Source of the DNA: an uncultured Planctomycetota bacterium
GTDB taxonomy: Bacteria > Planctomycetota > Phycisphaerae > Tepidisphaerales > Tepidisphaeraceae
Direction of reading: 5' to 3'
DNA: 64,000 nt
Assembly (NCBI GenBank): GCA_963841915.1
Contig: CAWJEN010000006.1
Coordinates: 704,001-768,000, forward strand
Translations under genes and position numbers: made by a program
Shown: positions 17,071 through 26,784 of the stretch, piece by piece
Numbering within the stretch: the first letter of the stretch is position 1
Layout: each line of letters starts with the position of its first letter
Notes under the pieces: model-generated
The model's database searches: none
What the model was told of the DNA's origin: nothing
The model's input: the letters and a program-made list of their open reading frames with translations, nothing else

Positions 17071-18177
17071 TCAGCGTGACGGCCGCGAGGCGGGGCGGGT
17101 GGTCAGCTTCTGCGTGACGTGCTCCGGCGGCCGCTCGTACTCGCCCTGCGATTCGGCCCACGCCTGCCGCCAGGCGGTTTCGACAGTCGCAACACCATCC
17201 AGTACTCCACCGACCTTCACGCGAAGGACGCTCGGCCGAATTCCCTCTTTCTGATAAGTCGCGAAGGTCTCTATCGCGTCAGGTGCGGCAAGAGCTGCGA
17301 GCGCAGCCTCCCCAAGCAAGGGTAGAAAGCGATAGATGTAGAGGCTCGTCGTCAACGTCGATTCGAAGGGGTCACGCAGACTCAAATACGGAATTTCATT
17401 CTCCATCTCCTGTCGCATTGCAGCTCCTTCAGCTTCCGCGTTTAGGTATGACTGCACAAGGTCCTCCCGCAGCTCTGGCCACTTCGGCGGCTGGCCGTCG
17501 TCGATGAAGCCGTACTCCATCCACCCGTGCACGTTGGGCCGCTCGTTCCTGGGCAGGTGCTCGAAGTAGCTGTGGCTGCGGAAATCCACCGTCGCGTGGT
17601 GCGGCTGCGTGTTGTCTTGCAGGTAGTGGGCCAAATAGCCGGCCCAAATCATGGCTGATTCGTCGTCGCCGGTGGCAAAGGCCTTTACCAGTTCGTTGTA
17701 ACACTGCTCCACCCGGAACGGCAGGAAGCCGGCCTCCTTGAACCGCTCGTCGTCAGGGTCCCGCGGAATGTCGCCCAAGCCCGGCAGGCCGCTGAGGTCG
17801 TCGAAGTAGCGACGCTTCTCAGGGTCCTTGTTGAACAGCTCCAGGTCGATGAAGTGCATCTTGGCTTCAACAGTGTCGAAGGCAGGCACGTAGGTCGAGC
17901 GATTGAAATCCGGGTGCATCGCCCAGTAAGCCAGCCCCTCGTAACCCTCAGGATTGGGGCCGACGTGCGTGTTCATGACGAAGTCGTGCAGGTGGAAGTC
18001 CTCTGCCTCGGGGCAGTGCTTGCGGACGAAGTCCTTGAGCCCGGCCGGCGCTTCGTCGTCCGCCAGGATCCGCTGGGCAGCCAAGCGGGTCATGAGGATG
18101 TGCTCCTTGTACGACCACGCCGAAGCCGGCAGGGCGAACACGAGCAACGTCAACGCGAATGCGAGCAGTCGAAGCAT
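17071..18177 (-). CDS. Secreted zinc-dependent phospholipase C / S1-P1 nuclease superfamily protein
   Basis: Signal peptide ending ASA, followed by W1-SYKE-H6; HFIDLE, GYLAHYLQDNTQPHHAT and VHGWME match the tri-zinc ligand pattern. Confidence 0.8.
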   Translation of the reverse strand: MLRLLAFALTLLVFALPASAWSYKEHILMTRLAAQRILADDEAPAGLKDFVRKHCPEAEDFHLHDFVMNTHVGPNPEGYEGLAYWAMHPDFNRSTYVPAFDTVEAKMHFIDLELFNKDPEKRRYFDDLSGLPGLGDIPRDPDDERFKEAGFLPFRVEQCYNELVKAFATGDDESAMIWAGYLAHYLQDNTQPHHATVDFRSHSYFEHLPRNERPNVHGWMEYGFIDDGQPPKWPELREDLVQSYLNAEAEGAAMRQEMENEIPYLSLRDPFESTLTTSLYIYRFLPLLGEAALAALAAPDAIETFATYQKEGIRPSVLRVKVGGVLDGVATVETAWRQAWAESQGEYERPPEHVTQKLTTRPASRPSR

Positions 18178-18186
18178 GGCTTGAGT

Positions 18187-18738
18187 TTACAGCGTCTCGA
18201 GCCAGTACTTGAAGTCGATAAAGAGCTTGGCCATCGCGTCGGGCGAGTAATGGGCGTTGAGGCCGCTGGGATTAGGCAGCACGTACAGACGCGTCGGGCC
18301 GAGCGTGACGTCCTGCGGCCCGAGCTTGGCCTTCTTCATCCCAAACCCGGTGCGAAACGCGCCGATGCCGAGCATGGCGATCGCCTGCGGCTTATATCTG
18401 CGACACTTCTTTTCCAGCAGTTCCACGCCTGCGGGGTACTCCTCATTGTTCAGCTCCGCGGCACTGGCCGTTGCGCGGGCGACGAGGTTCGTGACGCCAA
18501 GGCCATGCTTCAACAGCTCTACATTCTGTCCCGGTGACAGCTGCTGAGGAGTGAAGCCCGCCCGCGCCAGGGACGGCCAGAAGCGGTTACCGGGAGTCGC
18601 AAAGTGTGCCCGGTCGGCCGCACTTGAAAGCGACGGATTGATTCCGCAGAAGATCGCCCGAAGGTTTGGCCCGATGATGTCGGGCACCGTTTTGTCTTGA
18701 AAAGCAGCCAATGCGTCACGACTCAGCCGCTTTGCCAT
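18187..18738 (-). CDS. mug: G/U mismatch-specific uracil DNA glycosylase
   Basis: FCGINPS, HFATPGNRFW, GVTNLVARAT, LPNPSGLNAHY. Confidence 0.93.
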   Translation of the reverse strand: MAKRLSRDALAAFQDKTVPDIIGPNLRAIFCGINPSLSSAADRAHFATPGNRFWPSLARAGFTPQQLSPGQNVELLKHGLGVTNLVARATASAAELNNEEYPAGVELLEKKCRRYKPQAIAMLGIGAFRTGFGMKKAKLGPQDVTLGPTRLYVLPNPSGLNAHYSPDAMAKLFIDFKYWLETL

Positions 18739-18746
18739 GCAGAAGT

Positions 18747-19883
18747 CTAGCCGACGGCGACATTCACCCCAGGCCGCGAGACGGCCCACCACAGCACGCT
18801 CATGGAAGCTAGTCGACCGACGACCATCGTTGCCGCCAGCACCCAACCGTCTGCCCCGGCCGCATCGGGCGAGCCGGCGGCGTGGTTGGCCAAGGCTGAC
18901 GCCGACGTGAAGAGCACGACATCCAATGCCGCCTGTGGCCACGCAAGGCGAAGGCTGATGACCGCCGCTGTGTAGAGCAGCACAAAGACACCAACCCACG
19001 CGATCGCAACGCCGACGGAGCGGTCGACAAGCGTGCCGCGGAGCAGTCGACATACTGCAACGGCCAGCACGATCAGCGTCGTCATCTTCAAGCCGCCACC
19101 GACGCCACCGGCGGTCGACCCGATCAGCACCAGTGGCAACATCGCCAGGCGACCTGGCTCGGACGACGGCTCATCGATGAATCCGCCCGCCCAACCGTCT
19201 GCCGCCAACGCAGGAACACCCAGGGCAAAAGCGATTGGCAGCCCGACGGCAAAGGCGATCGCAACGCCGACACAGGTCAGGCGAACCTGCGGGTCGAGAA
19301 CCTTGCCGCCGATGAAGCGTGCGACGAGCGTCGGGCCGACGAGGCCAACGAGGGACAGGGGCACGAGCGTCAACCAGAAGGCCGCACCGGTGGCCGAGGC
19401 GGCTTCGGGTAGCCAACCGCTCCCGCCGAGCGATGATGCCTTCGTCGCTGCACCCCCGTCAACGAGGACAAGCACAGCCCACAAGGTCCCAGGTAAAGCC
19501 GCGACGGCGAGCCAGGTGTGCAGTCGAGCCGTCTTCCCCGCCAGATGCATCAGGGCTGCGACGCCGAACGTCGCGATGCTCGTTGCAGCCAGCAGCGCCA
19601 CGACGGTGCTGGCGGACGTCGGCGTTGCCCAGTCGACTCGAAAGCCACTGAGCGTGGTCACGCTGGTGGCAAGGAAGGCCGACCGCGAACCGGACAGCAC
19701 ATTGCCCGGCTGCGACGCGCCCTGAGCCATCGAGACGCCGCCGATGGCCAGCGTCAGCAGCCACGCTGCAACGCACGCCAAAGCAACGGCTGTGGGGCTG
19801 ATAGGGCGAGCGATCGACACCCCGGTTCTTAGCGCTCTAACAAGACGCCAAAGATTTAGCGACCCTACGAACGGGATGAGCAC
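18747..19883 (-). CDS. Divergent TrkH/KtrB-family cation transporter membrane subunit
   Basis: Many TM helices, P-loop-like FLATSVTTLSGF and FTSASALAN, gate motif IGSTAGGVGGGLKMTT, C-terminal MVVGRL. Start uncertain. Confidence 0.6.
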   Translation of the reverse strand: MLIPFVGSLNLWRLVRALRTGVSIARPISPTAVALACVAAWLLTLAIGGVSMAQGASQPGNVLSGSRSAFLATSVTTLSGFRVDWATPTSASTVVALLAATSIATFGVAALMHLAGKTARLHTWLAVAALPGTLWAVLVLVDGGAATKASSLGGSGWLPEAASATGAAFWLTLVPLSLVGLVGPTLVARFIGGKVLDPQVRLTCVGVAIAFAVGLPIAFALGVPALAADGWAGGFIDEPSSEPGRLAMLPLVLIGSTAGGVGGGLKMTTLIVLAVAVCRLLRGTLVDRSVGVAIAWVGVFVLLYTAAVISLRLAWPQAALDVVLFTSASALANHAAGSPDAAGADGWVLAATMVVGRLASMSVLWWAVSRPGVNVAVG

Positions 19884-19892
19884 GCGCGGCGG

Positions 19893-20312
19893 GTGACCGT
19901 CGAGCGGGACGGGGACATCACGCGCGTGGTCGTGGCAATGACCGGGCTGTACGCACCGGTGCCGTCGTGGTTGGCTTCCATCGGCCTGTTAGCACTCATG
20001 GTCGTCCCGGTGTGGGTCGTGGGAACCTTGGTGGTGCGGGCGTTGCGCGGGCTTGAGAAGCCGCCGCGGGCGGTGTTTGAGGTCGATGCGGATCGCGTGA
20101 CGCTGCTTCTGCGGGATTCCGAGTCGGGGCAGCTGACACGGCACGACTGGCCGCGGGCGAGTGTGGCGGCCTTGCGGGCGAATCGATACGGGCGGGGGCT
20201 GTGGGTCGACGTGCCCGGGCACATGAAAGAGACACTGCTCACCGACGAATCGAAGACGACGATCAATCGACTGGCGTTCGTGCTGACGGAGGCACTGGAG
20301 CAACAGGGCTGA
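19893..20312 (+). CDS. Hypothetical single-TM protein
   Basis: 139-aa ORF with one TM helix and host-like codon use. An upstream ATG at 19876 is one base out of frame at a G run. Confidence 0.55.
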   Translation: MTVERDGDITRVVVAMTGLYAPVPSWLASIGLLALMVVPVWVVGTLVVRALRGLEKPPRAVFEVDADRVTLLLRDSESGQLTRHDWPRASVAALRANRYGRGLWVDVPGHMKETLLTDESKTTINRLAFVLTEALEQQG

Positions 20313-20333
20313 ACAAGTCGCGACCTTCGGGCA

Positions 20334-21176
20334 TCAGTCGCCGTCGGCGGCAGTTTCGAGGTGCTCCTTGAAGAAAGCGATCGTCCGAGTCCACGCGGCT
20401 TGGGCGGCCTTGGCGTTGGCGCCGTCGCGGGCGCTCTGTTGACGCAGGAAGCCGTGACCGGCGCCGTCGTAGATGACAGGCTCGTAGCTCTTGCCTGCGT
20501 CGGTCATAGCTTTGGCGGTCGGTTCGACGGTGCTGGTAACGCGGGTGTCGTCGCTGCCGTAAAGGCCCAGGACAGGGATCTCGATTTCGTCAAGGTCGTC
20601 GTCAGGCGCGGTGCCGTAGTAGACCACTGCCGCTTGGACCTCGTCGGCGTCGACCTCGGTGGCGTAGGCGAAGCTTTGCGAACCGCCCCAGCAGAAACCG
20701 ACGACGCCGGTCGTGCCGCTGGCGGCGGGTAGGGCGACTGCGTACTCGCGGACGGCATCGAGGCGATCTTCGACGGCGTCGTCGTCGAGCTGCCGGATCG
20801 CCTGCCGTACTTGGCCCTCGGGAAAGCTGTCGGTGCCGCCGTCGTCTGGGCCCATGCCGCTGAGCATGTCGGGGGCGATCGCGATGAATCCCTCGGCTGC
20901 GAGTTGATCGGCGACGCCGCGAATCCAGTCGCTTTGCCCGAAAATCTCGTGAATGACGATGACGACGGGCGCCTTGTCCGGCCGCTCGGGGTAGACGACG
21001 TAGCTGACGATCGGAGCGCCGTCGTCAAATGGAACGTCGACCGACTCGCCGTGACGCGGCGACGCGGCCAAGGCGGCGGCAGCTCCGTCTCCGTCGGCCG
21101 GCAGCGCCTGCTCCTGTGCAAGCGCGGGGACGACAGCCAACAGGACGGAGAAAACGCTTGCGTGCAGGGGGTTCAT
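20334..21176 (-). CDS. Secreted dienelactone hydrolase family protein
   Basis: Signal peptide, VIHEIFG, APDML, nucleophile GFCWGG, AVVYYG, GAGHGF; GAGGAG upstream. Confidence 0.92.
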   Translation of the reverse strand: MNPLHASVFSVLLAVVPALAQEQALPADGDGAAAALAASPRHGESVDVPFDDGAPIVSYVVYPERPDKAPVVIVIHEIFGQSDWIRGVADQLAAEGFIAIAPDMLSGMGPDDGGTDSFPEGQVRQAIRQLDDDAVEDRLDAVREYAVALPAASGTTGVVGFCWGGSQSFAYATEVDADEVQAAVVYYGTAPDDDLDEIEIPVLGLYGSDDTRVTSTVEPTAKAMTDAGKSYEPVIYDGAGHGFLRQQSARDGANAKAAQAAWTRTIAFFKEHLETAADGD

Positions 21177-21248
21177 GCAGACTCCTCTTGTAGAAACAGC
21201 AGGTCGCCCCATGCTACGACGGTGGCACGTGGCGGCATCACGTCAGCC

Positions 21249-23579
21249 TCACCCGGCGGGGGCGAGCTTACTGGCGGCGATGTCGAGCATCAGGGTTTTC
21301 TTGCCGAGCTTGCCGAAGTCGATCGTGATGCGGGCGTTCGTGCCGGGCGAGACGTCGAGCACCTTGCCGACACCGAACGTCGTATGGCGGAGCTTTTGCC
21401 CTGCTTTATACCGGTTGCTGATGTCGCTGGTCGGCACACTCGACCACCGCTCGCCGCTTGCACCGGGGATGCCGGTGCGGTCGATCTCTTCGAGGCATTC
21501 ACTCGGCATTTCCTTGAGAAACGGGCTCGGGACGGTTCGTTCGCGGACGCCGCGTTGCGTGCGGTATTGGGCACGGCTGAGGATGAGGTTCGACTGGGCC
21601 CTCGTGATGCCGACGAAGGCGAGGCGTCGTTCTTCTTCGAGTTCGCTGATGCTGTCGCGGGCGCGGCTGTGCGGCAGGCAGCCTTCTTCAAGCCCGACCA
21701 TCGCAACGACCGGGAATTCGAGGCCCTTGGCTGCGTGAAGCGTCATGAGCGTGACGGCGCCGCCGTTGCCTTCAAAGCGGTCGGTGTCGCTGACAAGGCT
21801 GATCTGCTGAAGGAAGTCCCCTAAGGAAGCCGGCGCATTCTCCTCCCGGCGACCTTCTTCGTACTCGGCCGCTGCGCTGACGAGCTCGTTCATGTTCTCC
21901 AGCTGCGGCTGCTCGGTCTCGCCCGCTTGCGTGTGGTGCTGCTCGAGCCCGCTTTCGCGGATCAGCCGAGTGATCAGGCCGGCCAGGGTCGCGTCATCTC
22001 CGCCTTCGGGAACGACGGTGCTGTCGGCGAAGAGGCTGCCGTCTTCGTCTGCCAGATCGTCGGTGAATGGGTTGTCGTCACTGAGTTCCGCGGGACCCGT
22101 TGCGGCGGCATCGGCGTGGAGTCGCCAGGCCTCGATCTTCTCGACGAACTTCTTCATCGAGCCCTGGGCCCGCGTGCTGACGCCGACCACTTCGTCGATG
22201 CGGGTCATTGCTTCCCAGAGCCCGATGCCGCTAGCCGTCGCCCAGGCGGTGGCGGCTTTGATGCTCGCGTCGCCGATGCCGCGGGTGGGCGTGTTGACGA
22301 TGCGGGTCAGGCTCACCTCATCGGCCGAGTTGGCGATGGCCCGCAGGTAGGCCAACACGTCCTTGATCTCACGCCTGCTGTAGAACTCGGTTCCCTTTGC
22401 GATCTGGTAAGGAATGTTGTCCCGCCGCAGAGCCGTCTCGATGACGCGCGACAGGCTGTTCATCCGGTAAAAGACAGCCATGTCGCTCCAGGCGATGCCG
22501 TCCTCGTTGTACTTGCGGAGCCGCTCAGCGACCTCGCGGGCCTCGTCGTTCTCGTCCTGGCAGGCGAGGGCGATGACCTTCTCGCCGCCGGGAATGTTGG
22601 GCACAAGCGCCTTGTCGCGTCGCTCGGTGTTGTGCTTGATGAGCTTGTCAGCGACGGCCAGAATGGTGGCGGTGCTGCGGTAGTTGACCTCCAGCTTCAC
22701 GACCGTGGCATTTGGGTAGTCGTTTTCGAAGTCGAGGATGTTCCGCAGATCCGCACCTCGCCAGGCATAAATCGACTGGTCCGGGTCGCCGACGACGCAG
22801 ATGTTCTTGTGCCGATCGGCCAGAATGTGTGCCAGGACGTACTGCGCCCGGTTAGTGTCCTGATACTCGTCGATGTGCAGGTATTGGAACTTTTGCTGAA
22901 GTTCCTTGAGAATCTCGGGCCGATCCCGCAGCCCGACGACGACACGCAGGATGAGGTCGTCGAAGTCGACGGCGTTGTTCTGCACGAGCAGCGACTCGTA
23001 CTTGAGATAGGCTTTGGCGACCGTTCGCTGGTAGAAGTCGTCGGCCACCGCGGCAAACTCGCGGGCGTTCATGAGGGCGTTCTTGGCGTTGCTGATCGCG
23101 CTGAGCACCTTGGCCGGTGGGAAGTTGGAACTGCTCGTCTCCAGCTCCTTGAGCGCCTGCTTCATCGCCCGCGTCTGGTCGGCCGTGTCGTAGATGGTGA
23201 AGTTTTTGGGAGCACCGAGCGCTTCTCCGTAGTGCCGCAGGACGCGCAGGCACAGCGAGTGGAACGTGCACAGCGTCGGCCCACGCTGGTCGAGCTGACC
23301 GAAGTCGCGGCCGCCGCGGACAATGGCATCGATGAGCGGGCGGACGCGTTCGCGCATCTCACCGGCGGCCTTGTTGGTGAAGGTGATCGCCAGCACGCTC
23401 GACGGCTCGACGCCCAGGCGAACGAGGTGAGCGACGCGTCGTGTTAAAACCCGCGTTTTTCCTGAACCGGCAGCCGCCAGGATGAGCAATGGCCCCTCCG
23501 TCGTCGTCACCGCCCGGCGTTGTTCGGGCGTCATTCCTTCCAGCAGGTCGTCCGACTCCATCCGTGGCAGGGCACTCAT
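21249..23579 (-). CDS. pcrA: ATP-dependent DNA helicase PcrA/UvrD
   Basis: AAAGSGKTRVLT, AITFTNKAAGEMRER, DEYQDTNRAQY, VVGDPDQSIYAWRGA, NYRST, MTLHAAKGLEF, EEERRLAFVGITRA, C-terminal Tudor-like domain. Confidence 0.96.
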   Translation of the reverse strand: MSALPRMESDDLLEGMTPEQRRAVTTTEGPLLILAAAGSGKTRVLTRRVAHLVRLGVEPSSVLAITFTNKAAGEMRERVRPLIDAIVRGGRDFGQLDQRGPTLCTFHSLCLRVLRHYGEALGAPKNFTIYDTADQTRAMKQALKELETSSSNFPPAKVLSAISNAKNALMNAREFAAVADDFYQRTVAKAYLKYESLLVQNNAVDFDDLILRVVVGLRDRPEILKELQQKFQYLHIDEYQDTNRAQYVLAHILADRHKNICVVGDPDQSIYAWRGADLRNILDFENDYPNATVVKLEVNYRSTATILAVADKLIKHNTERRDKALVPNIPGGEKVIALACQDENDEAREVAERLRKYNEDGIAWSDMAVFYRMNSLSRVIETALRRDNIPYQIAKGTEFYSRREIKDVLAYLRAIANSADEVSLTRIVNTPTRGIGDASIKAATAWATASGIGLWEAMTRIDEVVGVSTRAQGSMKKFVEKIEAWRLHADAAATGPAELSDDNPFTDDLADEDGSLFADSTVVPEGGDDATLAGLITRLIRESGLEQHHTQAGETEQPQLENMNELVSAAAEYEEGRREENAPASLGDFLQQISLVSDTDRFEGNGGAVTLMTLHAAKGLEFPVVAMVGLEEGCLPHSRARDSISELEEERRLAFVGITRAQSNLILSRAQYRTQRGVRERTVPSPFLKEMPSECLEEIDRTGIPGASGERWSSVPTSDISNRYKAGQKLRHTTFGVGKVLDVSPGTNARITIDFGKLGKKTLMLDIAASKLAPAG

Positions 23580-23692
23580 CGCCGCCAGCATAGCGGCGGC
23601 CCACCCGCCTGGATGTTCGGCCGCCGTCCGGGTCGCCCGCGCGCTGCGCCGCGGCGGCCAAATCGGGCCGCGGCCGGGTGGCGGGGGTCAAA

Positions 23693-23708
23693 TGTTCCAC
23701 GTGGAACA
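23693..23708. promoter_or_regulatory. parS: parS centromere-like site (ParB binding)
   Basis: Perfect TGTTCCACGTGGAACA, extending to a 20-bp palindrome at 23691-23710; matches the canonical parS consensus. Confidence 0.92.
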
Positions 23709-23778
23709 TTCGCCGACCCTTGCAACCCTCGCCAGAGGCAACGGCAAGGGTTTCCGACGCTCGCCGACGCCCCGCCAT

Positions 23779-23794
23779 TGTTCCACGTGGAACA
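23779..23794. promoter_or_regulatory. parS: Second parS site
   Basis: Identical TGTTCCACGTGGAACA starting 86 bp after the first copy. Confidence 0.92.
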
Positions 23795-23996
23795 TTTAGC
23801 TGTTTTGACTACGTCGGCGGGTGGTCCGTGGCCGGTGCTGGTGCGAACGTCGTGCGCAAAATATTGCAGACACCGCACCGGTGGCGGCGCATGGGGTACG
23901 CCGCCATGAGGCATTTCGCTCGCTGCCCTGGGGCGAACCCGCCGGCTGTGCCTGGACGAACCGGGAAGCGTGGTGCCTGTTCCTCTAGCCTCGCCC

Positions 23997-25541
23997 ATGC
24001 CCGCGTCGCACCGTCAACCTGTTCACGGCCGCGACGTCGTCGCCACCAGTCAGCCGCTGGCCACCACAGCGGGGCTCGACATGCTCGGCCGAGGCGGCAA
24101 CGCGATCGACGCTGCCGTCGCGGCGGCGATTTGCCTGACCGTGACCGAGCCGACCAGCAACGGCATCGGCGGCGACCTCTTTGCCGTCCTCAACGATGGC
24201 GAACGACTCGTCGGCCTCAACGCCAGTGGCCGCTCGCCCGCGGCATGGTCCGCCGACCGCTTCGCAGGGCTCGACGCCATGCCGACCCGCGGCTGGGACA
24301 GCGTCACCGTGCCCGGCTGCGTCGCCGGCTGGCGCGATCTCAACGAGCGGTTCGGCAAGCTGCCGTTCGCCACGCTGTTCGAGCCGGCCGTCCGTCACGC
24401 CCGTGAAGGCCTTCCGGTCGGACCGATCACCGCCGCCGCCTGGCAGCGGGCGGCAAAGGTTTACGACGAACCCGCCTTTGCCGACACCTTTCTGCCCGCA
24501 CCCGCCGCCGGCGACGTCTGGCAGAGCCGGGCCCACGCGACGACCCTCGAATCCATCGCCGAGACGCAAGGCGACGCCTTCTACCGAGGCGACCTCGCTC
24601 GCCACATCATCGCCGCCAGCGATGCCGCCGGCGGGGCGATGACGCTCGACGATCTGTCGACGCACGAGAACCTCTGGTACGACGAACGCGACCTTGTCCG
24701 CGTCGACGCGTTCGGCGTCAGCCTCTACGAGATCCCGCCCAACGGCCAGGGCATCGCCGCCTGCATGGCGCTCGGCATCGCGGCGAATCTCAACTGCGAC
24801 GACTGGCAAAGCGACCGTGGGATGCACCTGCAGATCGAGGCGATGAAGCTCGCGTTCGCCGACCTGCACGCCCACGTCGCCGACGCGGATGCGATGGCGT
24901 TCGATTACAGGAAGCTCGTCGAGCCGACGTACCTCGCGGAGCGGGCGAAGCTGGTCGATATGGAGCGGGCCGCGACCTATGCCGCCGGCGTGCCGACGGC
25001 AGGTGGCACCGTCAACCTCGTCGCCTGCGACGAGAGCGGCATGATGGTCTCGCTCATCCAGAGCAACTACATGGGCTTCGGCAGCGGCATCGTCGTCCCC
25101 GGCACCGGCATCGCCATGCAGAACCGCGGAGCCGGCTTCGTCACCACGCCCGGCCACCCGAACCAGGTCGGCCCGAGCAAGCGGCCGTTCCACACGATTA
25201 TCCCCGGCTTCGTCAAGCAGGACGGCCGCCCGCTGATGCCAATGGGCTTGATGGGCGGCCCGATGCAGGCCCAAGGGCATCTGCAACTGATGCTCCGCCT
25301 CTTCGCCGGTGGCGAAGGCGTGCAACAAGCGGTCGACGCCCCACGCTGGCAGGTGATGGAAGGCCTGAAAGTCCTCGTGGAGCAGGGCGTGGACAATGCG
25401 GCTCTACAAAGTCGTGGTTATGCCGTAGAGACGGCCGACGCCCCGCATTTCGGCGGCGCCCAACTCGCCCGCCGATTGCCCGACGGCACCTACGAAGCCG
25501 CCAGCGACCCGCGGAAGGACGGCCGCGCGGGAGTCGGCTAA
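23997..25541 (+). CDS. ggt: Gamma-glutamyltransferase family protein (no signal peptide; YwrD-like)
   Basis: VATSQPLA, GGNAIDAAVA, NGIGGDLF, SVTVPG, PPNGQG, nucleophile G/TVNL, QSNYMGFGSG, KRPFHTIIP, GGPMQAQGH, SDPRKDG. Confidence 0.92.
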   Translation: MPASHRQPVHGRDVVATSQPLATTAGLDMLGRGGNAIDAAVAAAICLTVTEPTSNGIGGDLFAVLNDGERLVGLNASGRSPAAWSADRFAGLDAMPTRGWDSVTVPGCVAGWRDLNERFGKLPFATLFEPAVRHAREGLPVGPITAAAWQRAAKVYDEPAFADTFLPAPAAGDVWQSRAHATTLESIAETQGDAFYRGDLARHIIAASDAAGGAMTLDDLSTHENLWYDERDLVRVDAFGVSLYEIPPNGQGIAACMALGIAANLNCDDWQSDRGMHLQIEAMKLAFADLHAHVADADAMAFDYRKLVEPTYLAERAKLVDMERAATYAAGVPTAGGTVNLVACDESGMMVSLIQSNYMGFGSGIVVPGTGIAMQNRGAGFVTTPGHPNQVGPSKRPFHTIIPGFVKQDGRPLMPMGLMGGPMQAQGHLQLMLRLFAGGEGVQQAVDAPRWQVMEGLKVLVEQGVDNAALQSRGYAVETADAPHFGGAQLARRLPDGTYEAASDPRKDGRAGVG

Positions 25542-25646
25542 CGTGTGGGTCAGAAGACAAAAGTCAATCCCAATTGAGGAGAGAACGCGGGAGCATGCTT
25601 CTAACGCTCGCGACGCCCCTATCCCGATTCAGCTAACTTACCGGAC

Positions 25647-25685
25647 AAGATCAGCGAAACATGCGATAGTCTTTTCGCTGATCTT
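25647..25685. repeat. Perfect 13-bp inverted repeat
   Basis: AAGATCAGCGAAA (25647-25659) / TTTCGCTGATCTT (25673-25685). Confidence 0.6.
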
Positions 25686-26033
25686 CACCAGCATTTCACA
25701 CCTATTCGCCTATCTCGCCTTTGGTTCGGCAGTTCTGCTCCAATATGGGCACAAACCGGCCCCATATGCTCCGTCAGCCGGTAACATCTTCCGCGAATTA
25801 GGCCACGTCTTCGCTGCTACGAGCTTTTGATTGACGCCGATCCTTTGTGGTATTGCTTTGATAGTCTGGCGAAGTCAGCATTCACTCCGCCGAAGGGTGT
25901 CTGCTGGGCTGGTTGCTGCAATCTCCGTAGCTCTGGCCAACACTCTGCTAATTGTTCATGATCCGTTAGGCGTGGTTTCGTGGCTTGGCGATTAATAATC
26001 AGCACACAACGACGATTGCGTCTAGAGGCAGAT

Positions 26034-26076
26034 TAAGGGGTCGCGAAGGCAGAAGAGACGCCCTCGCAACCCCTTA
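26034..26076 (-). terminator. 17-bp stem-loop downstream of the 26093-26398 ORF
   Basis: On the minus strand TAAGGGGTTGCGAGGGC pairs fully with GCCTTCGCGACCCCTTA using two G-U pairs; these are mismatches on the plus strand. No U-tract. Confidence 0.5.
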
Positions 26077-26092
26077 CCACGCCGTCCCCGTA

Positions 26093-26398
26093 TCACGCCG
26101 CGTCGGTCAGCTTGCTGAGCACGCGTCGCAATGCACGCTCAAAGCTGCCTCGTCCGCTGAAACGCTCGAAAGGCAGACCGGACAAACCGTTCTTGAGGTG
26201 ACGAGACTGACGTTCGTTCCAAATCGCACCATCTGCAGTTCGCAGAAGTCGTTCAGCCCGCTGTTGCGAGTTGGAGCCGTCGCCAATGTGGCCACCGTAA
26301 ACCAGCCGAACGTCCGGAGAGAGCAATTCGACAACTCGAACATACTCAAAGAAGCGGCGTCGGAGAACGCCCACGATAACAAGGTTAATCTGTTTCAT
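26093..26398 (-). CDS. Small protein, possibly DUF2325-like
   Basis: 101 aa with the pattern 'LVIVG...YVRVVE...LLRTADGAI...SRH...LPF...GRGSFERAL', recalled as resembling DUF2325; followed by a strand-specific hairpin. Confidence 0.45.
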   Translation of the reverse strand: MKQINLVIVGVLRRRFFEYVRVVELLSPDVRLVYGGHIGDGSNSQQRAERLLRTADGAIWNERQSRHLKNGLSGLPFERFSGRGSFERALRRVLSKLTDAA

Positions 26399-26442
26399 TA
26401 GGTTCGGTGGATCTCAATCCAGTATTTTTGAAGGGGATCGCT

Positions 26443-26784
26443 TCAGTTGTCCATGAGTTTGCTGAGACGTGAAGCGGTGCTTCCATTTGCGCTGGTCAAA
26501 ATGAGCAGGATGCCGCGTCCCGAGCCTCCAGCAACTGGTACATCAATGGCCGCATCCCAACCATGATCGGTGGCATATCGGGAGAAAAAGACGCGAACGC
26601 GTTCACAGAAGCGGGCGCAGACATCGCCGGTGATGCTGTTGTAGATCTTGACGGCTCGCGTTGCGTCGATGAAGACAAGGGGGGCAATCTGGTCGATACT
26701 TCTTGGGTATTGGTAGTGCATGTGTAGGGTGTCCAAGTGGATAGAGGAGTGTGGCCTTGTGTTTGCCTCTGGCTGCCTGATCAT
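26443..26784 (-). CDS. Hypothetical protein in low-GC islet
   Basis: 113-aa ORF co-oriented with the neighbour and downstream of an AT-rich tract; no recognised motif; start uncertain. Confidence 0.3.
   Translation of the reverse strand: MIRQPEANTRPHSSIHLDTLHMHYQYPRSIDQIAPLVFIDATRAVKIYNSITGDVCARFCERVRVFFSRYATDHGWDAAIDVPVAGGSGRGILLILTSANGSTASRLSKLMDN

Noticed and set aside
23691..23794. The two 16-bp repeats as a mini CRISPR array
   Set aside because: Only two copies, too short, perfect palindromes matching parS, and no cas genes.
25600..26100. Retron msr-msd or other RT-associated RNA
   Set aside because: Inverted repeats are present, but no reverse transcriptase (YADD) ORF exists in the window.
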